A stretch of 64,000 bases of DNA from Eledone cirrhosa. Its lineage: Eukaryota. This document shows, piece by piece, positions 1 to 15,196 of the stretch. The stretch covers positions 89,900,001-89,964,000 of the forward strand of contig OZ024740.1 in NCBI GenBank assembly GCA_964016885.1, given 5' to 3'. The notes under the pieces were generated by a model. The model ran no database searches and had not been told where the DNA came from. It saw nothing but the letters and a program-made list of their open reading frames with translations. A program made the position numbers and the translations under genes. How positions within the stretch are numbered: the first letter of the stretch is position 1; the number at the start of each line of letters is the position of its first letter.

Positions 1-2439
1 ATAAGTTAACAAATCATTGATAGATATGAGAGATATATAACAGTTGAACACATATCACATGAGTTGATAATACAAGCACTGTATACTTCCATTTGATGTA
101 TCAACTCTATGTAGAATTGTACAATAATTTTAAAAGCTATAATTATGAATATATATGTAAAACACCTGGGATTACTGATATTATTCTACATTATATTAGC
201 AAGTAAATAAATATGAAATTTAAGTGATAGATGGAACGCTCTCTATTCGGTGAAATTGACATCACGTTCACTAAGTGTTTAGCAAGTAATTAAGGAAAAC
301 TAACATTAATTTTAGTAGCAGCTACGCATCATCAAAGCCAGAGTATTAAGACAAGTCGCAGCAAAGAGACAAAGATATAAAGAGAGATAAGAGTGGGGAA
401 AAAATGAGAGATAGAAAATCAGAGTCAGAATGGGCCATGTGAATGGAATATCACACAGAAGCATCTATTGATATCAAATGCACTTTAATCTAACTGAAAT
501 GTAGATTAAAGTTTATTTTTATTAGAGGTGGTGCAATTAAAATTAAATTAGTTTTCACTGGTTGGAATTCACTGTAGATAACCTGTCAAACCGTAAAAGT
601 TTTATAGGCAATGAATCTACAGAGAAATGCTATGTAAAGAAACTATACAACCCTACCTTTCATGTTTGTAACGTACTTACATCAAATATCAATCAAAAGC
701 TAAATTGATATTACCTCCTTAAAGTATCGATTTCTGCTGGTTTCTGCAGGCATTAATGCGTTAAACAAGTCCAGGGAAGTTCAACTGAAATCGAATTTCA
801 TGATTTCCGAGGCGGCATCGACAGATTTCCTTTTCAGATATTTGAAAATGTATACGTGAATGAATTGTAAGCTAGACTGCCCAATTACGATTAACCACGC
901 AATTAATCAGTTAAGTTATTAACTTTCAAGAACTAATCGGATTTCGGTTTGCGAAAGCCAAACCATTCGAGTATCAAAATCTAATATATGAATATAAATC
1001 ATGTATGTAGTAAGAGATATAATGAGTGGTAATCAGATTTGAAATAAAATGTAACAACAGTATATGTGATAAGAAAAAAAAATATATTTCAGAAAACGAT
1101 GATATTTAGGGATTATATTGATATCTATAATATGCAGATGTGCATATTTATGTATACCTGTATATTTAGTTAATTTATCAGGTTATTAATATGGAATGAA
1201 AACAATGATTATGACCTACGTATTTACTTCATGTAGAAAGAAAAAATTCGCTCTGTTTAATAATACTATTCCATGGAGATAAAGGACATTGTCGATAATT
1301 AATTTCAAGGAATAAAATAAAACACATTGCGAAATACATTAAGAGAATTGTGTATGTGCTATAATTATTTACTGCAGACAGAACAATACTAAAATAAGAT
1401 TAAACTAGTGGAACCTTCGCTTCAAGTATTAGTGTCTGATTAAATGTGCTTAAACAAATGTACATTAATGTTATTGCACATTAAACCCGATTTATCGCAT
1501 TGATCAAAATATTTCTACTCGGTTCTCATCTTTTTTGGGGGGTGGAGAGAAAAAGAAGCTTTAATTATATGGAGTAAGAATAATCTACAATCAATGTGAA
1601 CTATAGTTTAAAACATTGACAATTTCATTGGCTGGTAAATAATTTACGCCACAAAAGGATTCAGTAAACTGCTATGTTGATTACAAATATAATGAAGACA
1701 CATTTTATTGGTTATATATAAAAGGAAAGTTATAAGTTTCACGAAATACACTGACGACAAGACAGAGATTGATTACCACATTATTATATACTAACTCAAT
1801 AGATGTAGTGTTTTATAGCGATATAATTGCACAGAGCAAGATAGTTACGGTCATACACGGACAGTCAGTGTATCTTTTTCAGTTTACAATTCGGTCGCCA
1901 TATCTCTAGCAGTGTGCATACACACAGACACACATACCTATATACGTTTATGTTTTACTAAGTATAAGTGATGATATAATTAAGGTTAAATCTGACGAAA
2001 TAACTAGACATATTCAAGAAGGATATATGTCACATCATATTTGTAGTTTCAAGTTGGTTCCGTGTAGATGAAACCTTAGTCTTCCTCTGTACTAAAATAC
2101 AAAGAGAAAATCTCGATATTCCTCTACTAAACTCTAATATAATCTCCTTCTTTCTCTCCTTCTCTATGCATCTATTTATTTATTTATCTATCACTCCTTG
2201 TGTAATTATATTCGCTAATACTCTTATGTCTTCCATCCATCGCTACATAGTTTCGGCCCGTTCCGCATTTCGATACTCGCCTTGACCTTCATCTCACCTA
2301 TTCTTATCTATCATTTTGTTTCCAGACGCTTCTCATGGACTAAGGAATGCGACCAATATGTTCTTCGTATAGCATCTGGCAAATGGGATTCAATACGAAT
2401 TTCAAATGAGATCTTCTACACCACCAAAATACAAATAAT

Positions 2440-2630
2440 ATTTGTTTCTAATATTGGCACAAGGCCAGCAATAATTCCAGTGTATTACTGGTACTTTATT
2501 TGATCGACCCCGTAAGGATGAAAGGCAAAGTTAACCTCGGCGGGATTTGAACTAAGAACAATTAGGGCCGTAACTCTTTGCGCAAAGAATGGCGTCCGCC
2601 CTTATAACGATACTGCCAATCCACCGCCCT
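2440..2630 (-). mobile_element. tRNA-derived SINE copy
   Basis: Minus strand begins GGCGGTGGATTGGCAGTATCG (A-box-like) and has a GTTCAAATCC B box. The body (ACTTTGCCTTTCATCCTTACGGGGTCGAT) is shared with copies at 22568-22760 and 34768-34952. Confidence 0.85.
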
Positions 2631-2651
2631 AATAAAAAAGGCAAATAATAA

Positions 2652-2745
2652 TTGTTTCTACTTTTTGGCACAAGGCCAGCAATTATCCCAGCGCATTAGT
2701 GGTACTTTATTTTATCGTCCCCGTAACGATGAAAGGCAAAGTTAA
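2652..2745 (-). mobile_element. Partial SINE copy (3' part only)
   Basis: Repeats GGCACAAGGCCAGCAAT...GATGAAAGGCAAAGTTAA of the adjacent SINE and lacks the head. Confidence 0.75.
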
Positions 2746-2756
2746 AAATAATGAAG

Positions 2757-3811
2757 CACAACAGGCAGAGAAACCCCCAAAGCAAGTGCTTCCTTAAAAT
2801 CCCGCACGTGGGCGAGAAAACTAGCAACGCTATCAGCAGCGCCATACGGAGGAAGAGCCTCGACATCCACTTGGCCCACTCGAGGCCCTCCCCTCCCTAC
2901 GGAGATGCATCTCTAGGAAACCCGAAAAATTGGCTGACACGTGTTCCCTCAGAATCTGTCCGATGCGTCAAACGAACTGTTGCTTACGCACGTACGTCGT
3001 ATACCAGGTAGAATGTGTCAAGAAGTGTAACGACTTCTACATCGGTAGCAGCATCCGGCAACTACATGTTCGTATCAAGGAGCACATGAACGTTAGGGCC
3101 TCGTCTTCCCGGAAGCACATAATAAAATACGGAAACAAAGACGGAAGGCCCATTGTCACAGTGTTAGCGACGGCACTTTAAGAATCAAGGAAGCATTTTG
3201 GATCAAACGCCTCGGACCACAAATAAATAACCGATCCGCTAGAAGTGAGACGAGATGGCTGGTGTAAACAAATGAAACAACAACAACAACACACACACAC
3301 ACACGGTAGCATTCGAGCGATTGTTATTGTGTATATATCGGGTCCAACACCGACCTACCGACAGACAGCAAGCAGGCGGACCACCTATAACAACATCACA
3401 ACTGCCAGTATCAAATATAAAAAAGACTTACGGGGAAAATGTGTACGCATTGATACATCACCGCCCCATTACTCTAGTATGGAAGACTGCCGCAAACTTT
3501 GTCGGACCGCAGCTATTCCACGCGCACACTATAAACAACAGAGGCCACGTATTGTGCCTCTCGGACAAAAAACATTTCCCCCTCAGAAAAGTCCCAGTTG
3601 ATGGATGCGAAATCCAAAATATAGGGACAATTAAATCATTTCCAAGGTAAATTTAATTTATGTTATTAATTTTACACTCTTTCCTACCTTCTTCTACCTC
3701 CTCTACGTCTCATTCTACAATTCCTCTTACATCTCTCTCTCTCTCATCACCACTTGATTCTGTTACCTGCAGATTTACCCATCTGCATTGTTGAGGCTTA
3801 CAAAACCACCA

Positions 3812-3814
<3 letters not shown>
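2757..3814 (+). mobile_element. Degenerate 5'-truncated Penelope-like element (GIY-YIG end plus 3' terminal region)
   Basis: Frameshifted peptides CFLKIPHVGEKTSNAI and CLRTYVVYQVECVKKCNDFYIGSSIRQLHVRIKEH are homologous to the C-terminus of ORF 27771-30410. An HHR-like motif follows and the element ends at (TA)n 3815. Confidence 0.85.
3591..3628 (+). ncRNA. Degenerate variant hammerhead ribozyme
   Basis: GTCCC-AGTTGA-T-GGAT[GCGAA]ATCC-AAAA-TATA-GGGAC, the same layout as 27568-27603 with co-varying stems. Confidence 0.55.
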
Positions 3815-3847
<33 letters not shown>

Positions 3848-3939
3848 TTAAAATAATAGAGGTGTAACACACGAGTTATGATATATTGGTAAACAAATTG
3901 TTCCCAGTGAAAAATAGTATAATTAGGAATAAGTAAACA

Positions 3940-4393
3940 TTAGTAATAGTATTGGTTAGTATTCAGTTTTGGTTTTAAGTTTTACCGGTTGTGCATTGCT
4001 AATGCTTTTCAAAAATAATTTTGAGATAGAGCGCCCGTGATGCTTGCTCTAATCTGATTAGTTTTGGAAATTCTACCTGTTTTATGTGAAAAAAGTGTCT
4101 CCAGATATATTAAAATAAGTTTCGCGCCAATTCGTGTTGAACAAATTCTTGTGGTCAAAACAATTTTGATTGGTCCGTAGAGGTCATGCGAATGATAACA
4201 ATTGATTTTGCGCCAAATGTAGGTTTGTCTCGGCTGATTGAGAAGTCACTGAAAAATAAGTCTTTCAAAACAAATATGTGTGTGTGTGTGTAGTAGTAGT
4301 AAAGATGTTGGTTATTGTGATAATGGTCAGCAGGGATGTGTATGCGACCGTAGCCTGTTGACAGTTCAGATGCCTATTAAGACAAGTGTGTGT

Positions 4394-4445
<52 letters not shown>

Positions 4446-4450
4446 ATATG

Positions 4451-4512
<62 letters not shown>

Positions 4513-4590
4513 TGTTACGTAAGTCGGATATTTGATTACGGCTTCACAGAAACACTTTAAACGTATATCGTATAATTTGTCCAGGTGTAC
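3940..4590 (+). repeat. Dispersed repeat, unclassified (inverted copy at ~37320-38150)
   Basis: 3940-4210 matches the reverse complement of ~37750-38150 (e.g. GCTTTTCAAAAATAATTTTGAGATAGAG). Both copies abut (TG)n/(CA)n tracts. Confidence 0.65.
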
Positions 4591-4644
4591 CATTTTTAGA
4601 CTGTTAGTTTTTTCATTGTTCTGCTATTGTGTGTTAGGTTTTGC

Positions 4645-4789
4645 CTACCACAATGTTCAATTTGTCAAGCTATTTAAACGTAGGTTGTTACTCTCAGGAC
4701 CTTCCCTTATTGAGTGCTTTGCTAACTCATTCATATTGTAGGTCGACTTTGCTTGCCCACAGCCAAAGCTTCGATTTTACGAAACATCC

Positions 4790-4835
<46 letters not shown>

Positions 4836-5548
4836 GTAAATAAATCGTTTTTTTTTTTGTTGAAATCGTATTCCGAAATATATTTTTATACTTTAGTAGC
4901 GGCATGCTGCGAATAAAAAATAAACATCTACCAATTGATTTTCATTCCGACTTATTATTTGAAAACTTAATCCGCACATCAGTTAGTTTATTAACCGAAT
5001 TTGTTTGTTTTTGTTTTATTATTAATAGACAAATCATTATGGTGACAATTCTCACTGATTATTGTTGCTCATCTGTTCCTCCTGTTTTAAACAGATCGCG
5101 TCCTATCTAGTTTATCGTTTCTTTTAAAGATGTTTCTCTGATCAGCTTCTATGAATGTGCTAGTGTCTATGTGCGGGTGTATATCTCTGTGGTGATAAAT
5201 CTACTTGACTCAGTACTTTACTTATAGATATCCTATCAATGAAGTAGCCTGATGAAATAGGAGAAGAATATTAACACATGGTAAGCGACGATTGGATGCA
5301 ATTTCCATTTAAGAATATAAACAACTTTGTAATTTCAAGGATCACATAATGACATTTGCTTAAATGCAAAATATCTGAGGGTGAAATGGCTACGTACATT
5401 GCAATAACGTGATACATTGAGACAACATAACTTTAAAGTCTATAACGTAAATAATCATATCGTGAATGTTATTTAACTTGTTCCGAGACACGTGACTGCT
5501 ACATAGAGAAAACCAATAGGCCACCAAAAATGAATTTTATATATATAT
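4645..5548 (+). repeat. Left copy of ~0.9-kb inverted duplication (partner ~8050-8940)
   Basis: Colinear reverse-complement match across a PLE tail (4645-4790), a TA tract and ~710 bp of non-repeat DNA, with scattered substitutions. Confidence 0.85.
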
Positions 5549-5584
5549 ATATATATAAATTCATTTTTGATGGCCTATTGGTTT

Positions 5585-5674
<90 letters not shown>

Positions 5675-5751
5675 CCCCCCCTATATCTCTATCTCTCCCT
5701 CTCTCTCTCTCTCTATCTCTCTATGTATCTCTCTCTCTCTCTCTCTCTCGC

Positions 5752-5780
<29 letters not shown>
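5585..5780. repeat. (CT)n + (TA)n microsatellite
   Basis: Seen directly. Confidence 0.95.
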
Positions 5781-6915
<1,135 letters not shown>

Positions 6916-6935
6916 GCTAAACTAATTCATCGCCG

Positions 6936-7018
<83 letters not shown>

Positions 7019-7081
7019 AATATATATATATATAGTTGTTATATAGTAAGATGCATTATCGGTTGTGTAAAAAGGTCCAAT

Positions 7082-7152
<71 letters not shown>

Positions 7153-7158
<6 letters not shown>

Positions 7159-7425
7159 ATACTTTGGGAGGCTCATGTTGCCAATAAGTAACACACGCAC
7201 CAGTCGTTTCACTTCAATTTATTATAATAATAATAAATTTATAAACTTAGGAATTTATAAATTTCCGGTTGGTTGGTTGGTTCCACAACCAGATGGTTGT
7301 TCATATATTGTCAAGGTTCTTTCGTCTCACATTATGTGACCTCTTCAGTGATTGGGGATTCTTTTATTTGCTTTTTTGTGCCTCTCCTTTGCTCTGTCCT
7401 ACGCCATCTTGCTAATTTGGCAACG
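7153..7425 (-). mobile_element. PLE terminal fragment with HHR (7309-7353), same family as 41832-43400
   Basis: Colinear with 41832-42080. Carries CTGAAGA...GAAA on the minus strand and is TA-flanked. Confidence 0.8.
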
Positions 7426-7438
7426 CTCATTTGGTAAC

Positions 7439-7543
<105 letters not shown>

Positions 7544-7697
7544 TATAGTTGTTATATAGTAAAGTGCATTATTGGTTGTGTAAAAACGTCCAATAACTTT
7601 ATGTTACCAAATTAAGTTCTACACGCTTTTGTATATCTCCAATTCCATTCAAGAGAAAACCAATAGTCCACCAAAAATGAGTTTATATATATATATA

Positions 7698-7937
7698 TCA
7701 AAATGAAAATCCGAAGGCAAGGTAAATTCCAATCATTTAATCACGACACACGTTTCAATAAGAGATAGATCGATTGTGAAGCCATGATCGATAATTACTG
7801 AACTTATCAGGTGAAAATAAATAATCTTCAGATTATTGATATGAGGGAGGAAAAATAACGAGGATTTTCTCTTATTGAAACATGTGTCGTGATTAAATGA
7901 TTGGAATTTAACTTTGCCTTCGGATTTTCACTTTGAT
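7698..7937. mobile_element. Inverted PLE-end insertion with HHR-like motif (7741-7814, -)
   Basis: Arms 7698-7765 and 7868-7937 are reverse complements. Minus strand reads TCAC-CTGATAA-~45 nt-GAAAC-GTGT-GTC-GTGA. Confidence 0.7.
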
Positions 7938-7979
7938 ATATATATACATATATATATATATATCTACATACATACATAT

Positions 7980-8040
<61 letters not shown>

Positions 8041-8049
8041 TATTTACAA

Positions 8050-8753
8050 ATATATAAATTCATTTTTGGTGGCCTAATGGTTTTCTCTATGTAACAGTCA
8101 GATGTCTCGGAACAAGTTAAATAACATTCACGATATGATTAATTACGTTATAGACTTTAAAGTTGTGTCTCAATATATTACGTTATTGCAATGTACGTAG
8201 TCATTACGCCTTCAGATATTTTGCATTTAAGCAAACGTCACTATGTCATCCTCAAAATTACAAAGTTGTTTATACTCTTAAAATGTAACTTGCATCCAAC
8301 TGTCGCTTACCATGTGTTAATATTCTTCTTCTATTTCATCAGGTTTCTTCATTAAAAGGTCTCTATAATAAAGAACGGAGTCAAATAGATTTATCACTAC
8401 AGAGATATACACGAGCACATAGACAGTAGCACAGTCACATAAGCTAATCAGAGAAACATCTTTAAAAAAAGGATAAACTAGATAGGACGAGATCTGCATA
8501 AAACAAGAGGAGCAGATGAGCAACAATAGTTAGTGAGAAGTGTCGCCATAATGATTTGACTATTAATAATAAAACAGAAACAAACAAATTCGGTTAATAA
8601 ACTAACTGATGTGCGGATTAATTTTTCAAATAATAGGTCGGAATGAAATTCAATTGGTAGATGTTTATTTTTTATTCACAGCATGCCGCTACAAAAGTAT
8701 ACAAATATATTTCGGAATACGATTTCAAACAAAAAACGATTTATTTACGTATT

Positions 8754-8789
<36 letters not shown>

Positions 8790-8940
8790 TCTGGAAGCTT
8801 AGTAAAATCGAAACTTTGGCTGTGGGCAAGCAGAGTCGACCTACAATATGAATGAGTTAGCAAAGCGTTCAATAAGGGAAGGTCCTTAGAGTAACAACCT
8901 GCGTTTAAATAGCTTGACAAATTGAACATTGTGGATGAAC
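8050..8940 (-). repeat. Right copy of ~0.9-kb inverted duplication
   Basis: Reverse complement of 4645-5548. Confidence 0.85.
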
Positions 8941-9745
8941 ACTGATACAAGTATACATGTGTTCACATTGAAAATGACCAAGTTAGCTAGATTGAAAAAT
9001 ACTAATTAAAATAATTCGGTTTGCCTGTCTCGATTTAAAATAATAAATCAATAAAAACAAACATATATTGTCAATAGCCGTGATACCTGGGCAAATTTTA
9101 AATTTTAAATGTCAAATTTGTTTCCCAACAATTAAGTGAAAGTTCCCATTCCTGTGCTCTTCTGCAGGTCTCCAGAAATTGGTAAGTTTCACTTCAAAAT
9201 ACTTAAGAAGACTGAGAGAAATGTCTTGTTGAAAGTACATATGTCACAACGCCTAGCACGTCCAATACTCGTGCCGCCTAAATAGCAGCCGGTTTTATGG
9301 GACTAATAATTAGCTCAACGCATGGAGCCGATAATATTATATATAGAGTTATAAACTCAAATAGTCTTTTACAATTAAATAGCTCACAGAAAGGAATATT
9401 TCTCAGCTATTTTTAGCGGCACGATGATGAGACGACATGCGCTGTGACACATGCGCTTTCAACAACAGATTTTTCTTAGTCTTCTTAAGTATCTTGAATT
9501 GAAACTTACCAATTTCTGGATATCGCACAGGAATGAGAACTTTCACTTAATGTTGCGAAACAAATTTGAAATTTAAAATTTTAAATTTGTCCAGGTATCA
9601 CGGCTATTGCCAATATAGGTTTGTGTTTATTGATTTATTATTTTAAATAGAGACAGGCAAACCGTATTATTTTAATTAGTATTTTTCAATCTAGCTAACT
9701 TGGTCATTTGCAATGCGAACACATGTATACTTGTATCAGTGTTTA
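8785..9745. mobile_element. Inverted-repeat insertion, probable PLE end (HHR not clearly retained)
   Basis: Arms ~8940-9250 and ~9445-9742 are reverse complements. The left arm has an extra ~150-bp tail ending at (TA)n. Confidence 0.6.
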
Positions 9746-9837
9746 TCCCTATCATATATTCATTTGTATTACAGGGCTCAGAAATGATGCTTTCTTTGAG
9801 CTATTTAATTGTAAAACACTATTTGAGTGCATAACTC

Positions 9838-10489
<652 letters not shown>

Positions 10490-10526
10490 CACACACGCAC
10501 GCACACACATTCACACACACACACAA

Positions 10527-11806
10527 ACATCTGAAACTACTTCGCTTATCTTATTCGATATATAGTCCGTCGCTCCCATGTGGAAAGGGTACGTTGAGTG
10601 CTTGAATTGAATTGCATCAATGTTTACCTTAAGAATTTACCTCCAAAGTTGACCTCTCTATGGTGTAACCCATATAGTGGAGAAGAGAGAAACCAACCAT
10701 AAGCTACACCCGGAAATTCCCTCTACCATGGGGATTGATTACACACACTGGAAATCCCTGCTACTGGACGGACATGAAATTATAAACTAACTTTCGACAG
10801 GATAAATATGCGGAACTAAAAACAACGATAAACCCCTTATTTTCCTGCAGCAAATTGCATTTGCACAGAAGCATTGAACGGAAGCCCCCTCACTTCATCC
10901 GATAACCAATTGTTATATGCACTTTACATGGACAAAATTTACAATCATTTTAAACACTCATTTCCATACAGTTTAGCTTCCTCGTATAAGTTTCTCTTAT
11001 ATATCTCTTATCTCATATTGCATTTGTTTTTTGTATTTTTTGTATCTTACAATTTCTATTTTTTGCTTTGATTGATGTGATAGGGATATGAACTATGCAT
11101 TTGCTTAATTACTACGTTTCATACTATAATTTACCCTCCGTTCTACTGTATCGTTCAATATATGGATAATATATCTGTAATATTGATACCCCTTTCAAAA
11201 CTTCTTACTATAATTTAAACATCTCCCTATTTATTAGTTATTATATGTATACATTTTTTTCCTTACTTGAATCAAGATTTTAACTTGTAATTTTTTAAAA
11301 TTTCTAATATCATAATTTCCACTGTGAAACCATAATACCTAGAAATAAGTATATATTCTCTTAGCGGTTGATGGTCAAGTATATTGTCCAAGCGTAATTT
11401 AGGGTAGTATTGAGACCTATTGAAACACATACTCTCCCACCCCACCAGGTGTCGGCCAACTGCCACTGGCAGGGCGACTAGCAGGAAACTATAACCATGT
11501 CATATTACAGACCTTGATGGGGTAGTTGATGGTCAACTTTCTTTGGACTTGCGGCTGCGCAGACATGTGGGGGCGAATCGGTACTCACAAGGGACCGTGC
11601 GAAGGATTCAAGAGCACACGCTTTGTCCGTTCCTTTGTCGTTCCCTTGTCGTTTCCTTTTGGATTGCCTCGTAAACATAACCTTATTATGTAAGAAGCTG
11701 TCTGATGATGTCACGGCACTGGGCGTGTGGCCAATGTCGTCATTGAAATATGTATCACAGCATTCTCATTAGAGGAATTTAACATCTGAAACTACTTCGC
11801 TTTTCT

Positions 11807-11812
<6 letters not shown>
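10527..11812 (+). mobile_element. Degenerate or internally deleted PLE with terminal direct repeat
   Basis: ACATCTGAAACTACTTCGCTT(A/T)TCTTATT occurs at ~10527 and ~11782. A canonical HHR lies just before the second copy and the element ends in (TA)n. Confidence 0.6.
11697..11761 (+). ncRNA. Type I hammerhead ribozyme
   Basis: GCTGT-CTGATGA-stem II-GAAA-TATGTA-TC-ACAGC. Perfect 5-bp stem I and canonical core, with predicted cleavage after 11756. Confidence 0.85.
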
Positions 11813-11884
<72 letters not shown>

Positions 11885-12372
11885 AAAATCAACAATAAAA
11901 TTAAGCAGTAAAACCTAATTTTAACGATGATAAAATCAAAGGATCAAGAAAATTTACCTAATATTGGACGTATGCTCGAACTATTGAAGTTGATTTTACT
12001 ATATTTCTTTTTGCAACATGTGTGTATGCATATTATACGTCAACATAGAATTTCGTTGCATGGTCCTCATTTTAATCACACATTGCTTGTGCGAAGGCTA
12101 CTTAAATTTGTGTAACCAGTACACAAATGATATTCATTTGTGAATCGATTCCAAAATATTTAAAACAAGGTTTCAAAGTATTGCTTATATCACACTTAAT
12201 ATTTATGTATATTACATGTATGCTTTTGGCAATATCAATAATATATTACCTGGTTTATACATAATTTATTCTGAAACCCACAACATTTTTGGTTATTGTA
12301 TTACAGTCAAAAACATTTACTTTTTCATGTAATATCGAAAATATTTTGAGGATTTGAATATACATACATATA

Positions 12373-12424
<52 letters not shown>

Positions 12425-12428
<4 letters not shown>

Positions 12429-12617
12429 AAATGTTTAAGACCCCGACGACAGAGTTCAAGCCGTCTCGGCGGCTATTTCTGGATGTGATAGCCGTCGAAA
12501 CGGCTTGAGCTCTGCCGTCGGGGTCTTGAATATTTTCATATTACCCACTGTACAACCCGAAGCATTGAGTACTCTGGTACATTATGGTCCATCTGGTTCC
12601 TTACCACACTTTATTCG

Positions 12618-12619
<2 letters not shown>
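12425..12619. mobile_element. Fold-back PLE-end insertion (HHR 3' half; MVHLVPYH tail)
   Basis: Hairpin 12432-12530 carries GAAAC-GGC[TTGAGCTCT]GCC-GTC-GGGGTC. Same family as 26515-26711, 39121-39298 and ~18470-18586. TA on both sides. Confidence 0.8.
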
Positions 12620-12659
<40 letters not shown>

Positions 12660-12663
<4 letters not shown>

Positions 12664-14617
12664 ATAATAATAAAATTGAAGACTACTAAAATCCAAAGAG
12701 GGCTCGATAAGGAAAATATATATCAAATATATAAGAACCGTAGAGCAAATATTTATTAAAATAACAGATTAAAGTTTAAGCAAAGAATTACTGCTTTCAC
12801 CCTTAACGGGAACTTCTGAAACTAACAAAGTCAATATGTAAACGCAGAACTGGATATTTCAAAAAACGTTGCAACCGGAGGATGACAGGAGACGATACTT
12901 TGGTTCGTGGTAACGTTCGCTGGCAAAGAACGGGAAAAAACGAATAATACGTCATTAATAGGAGCGGTGAAAAACAATTACGCGCAAAGACAAAACCACG
13001 TTTATGGTATAAATAGGTCGTAGACTAATGTTCTCTTAGGTGGTGCATAGAGACGTTCTCTGGCAATGAACGAAAAAACGAAGATAATAAGTCATATGTG
13101 GAGCGTGGAGAACAATAGCACGCAAAGACAAAACCACGTAAATGGTATAGCAGAAATCGTAGACTAAAATTCTAACTAGGAGACCAAATGAAACTCCGCT
13201 ACAGAGTTAAGAACAAAGTAAATAATACAATACAGAAGTAATAGAAACAAATAAATACATACACGCAAACAGATACGTACATACACAAGCATACGCAAAA
13301 CCTTACCATGGGTATACAAAACCACGCACATATAAATATGTGTGTGTGTGTATGCTTGTGTACAAATAAATAAATAATTATATAAACGTATATAAGTAAA
13401 TAAATACGTATATAACAAGCGCACACGCATACCTCTGCGCCGCTGAGGCCCTGGAAATACTCTACGCTACAGACCACATCTTAAACAAAAAAAAAGAGGC
13501 AATTTCGGCTTGTAAACATAAATTGCACAAAACTTTCCTGTATTACAGCCCCACGTTATACCCTAACGGATAGCACGATCTATACGTGGATATTTTACGT
13601 CTTGATGTGGGAGCTAAGTATATGTTTTGTTTATTCATTTACTTATTTGCATAGGTAAGTATATATTTTACACGTATGTTTTGTGAAGGTATGTATACCT
13701 TCTCGTACGTATATTTGACTGTTATAGCGTATCATTTTTACATATTCTGGTATTTAGTGTTTGGCTATGTGTATTCGGGAGTTTTGCGTCCGCGTGAGTG
13801 TGCAGGTTCGTACGTATGGTGGGTGTGTGTATATGTGTACTTCTTGTTTTAGTTGACTTACGTCTCCGAACATTCGTGTATTTATATGTAGGTTTGCGTG
13901 TGCGCTTGTTATATACGTATTTATTTACTTATATACGTTTATATAATTATTTTTTTATTTGTACACAAGCATACACACACACATATATTTATATGTGCGT
14001 GGTTTCGTATACCCATGGTAAGGTTTTGCGTATGCTTGTGTATGTGCGTGGTTTTGTATACCCATGGTAAGGTTTTGCGTATGCTTGTGTATGTACGCAT
14101 CTGTTTGCGTGTATGTATTTATTGGTTTCTATTACTTCTGTATTGTATTTATTTACTTTGTTCTTAACTCTGTAGCGGAGATTCATTTGGTCTCCTAGTA
14201 AGAATTTTAGTCTACGATTTCTGCTATACCATTTACGTGGTTTTGTCTTTGCGTGCTATTGTTCTCCACGCTCCTCATATGGCTGGATATTTCGTTTTTT
14301 CGTTCATTGCCAGAGAACGTCTCTATGCACCACCTAAGAGAACATTAGTCTACGACCTATTTATACCATAAACGTGGTTTTGTCTTTGCGCGTAATTGTT
14401 TTTCACCGCTTCTATTAATGACGTATTATTCGTTTTTTCCCGTTCTTTGCCAGCGAACGTTACCACGAACCAACGTATCGTCTTCCTGTCTTCCTCCAGT
14501 TGCAACGTTTTTTGAAATATCCAGTTCTGCGTTTACAGATTGACTTTGTTAGTTTCAGAAGATCCCGTTAAGGGTGAAAGCAGCGATTCTTTGCTTAAAC
14601 TTTAATCTGTTATTTTA

Positions 14618-14625
<8 letters not shown>
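12660..14625. mobile_element. Inverted pair of CxCx5C-type PLE 3' regions
   Basis: Left arm 12660-13430 (-) and right arm 13431-14625 (+) are homologous to 25270-26335. HHRs at 12773-12823 (-) and 14551-14601 (+). Contains an internal ~140-bp tandem duplication. Confidence 0.85.
14551..14601 (+). ncRNA. Hammerhead ribozyme, CAGAAGA core variant with true stem III
   Basis: AGTTT-CAGAAGA-TCCC[GTTAA]GGGT-GAAA-GCA[GCGATTCTT]TGC-TT-AAACT. Homologues at 12773-12823 and 26264-26314. Confidence 0.7.
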
Positions 14626-14653
<28 letters not shown>

Positions 14654-15000
14654 CTAGTAACATCTAGCGAAGTATGCGCGACTAAGCAAATATAATCAAT
14701 GGATTTATTGTGCAAGTATGGCCATGTGCCTTAATATTAATTGCAATATATACATCCCGATTAGCAGGACCAAAATATCGGATACTTATTTCATTGAATT
14801 AATGCAGAATATCACGTGGTAGGTATTTTGGCATTCAGTTGGCGGATAGATTCTTTGTTCATGCCTTAATTCACAACAATACAATACGAAACTGTGCCAA
14901 ACAAATTTACGCTACGTATATTTTCTCGTTGAGATAGAAAGGATTTATTCTCCATTCTCTTTCATAGAGACATTCAGATCTAATTTGTAAAATATAGGAG

Positions 15001-15033
<33 letters not shown>

Positions 15034-15143
15034 GTGTGTGTCTGTGTGTGTGTGTGAGAGAGGGAGAATTTTCATGTGCACGCATGCTCTCATACACACA
15101 CACGTATGCATATATATATATATATATACGTTATTCCGATATA

Positions 15144-15196
<53 letters not shown>

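Noticed and set aside
575-850. Possible first exons of a minus-strand gene (MPAETSRNRYFKE|GT)
   Set aside because: Too short and no recognisable homology; splice-like signals are common by chance.
2520-2630. tRNA gene
   Set aside because: A/B-box-like motifs are present, but there is no cloverleaf and the sequence is the head of a multi-copy SINE with TSDs.
9415-9465. HHR in the 8785-9745 inverted element (ATGATGA...GTGACACATG)
   Set aside because: The GAAA half and stem I are not recognisable, so it is too degenerate to call.
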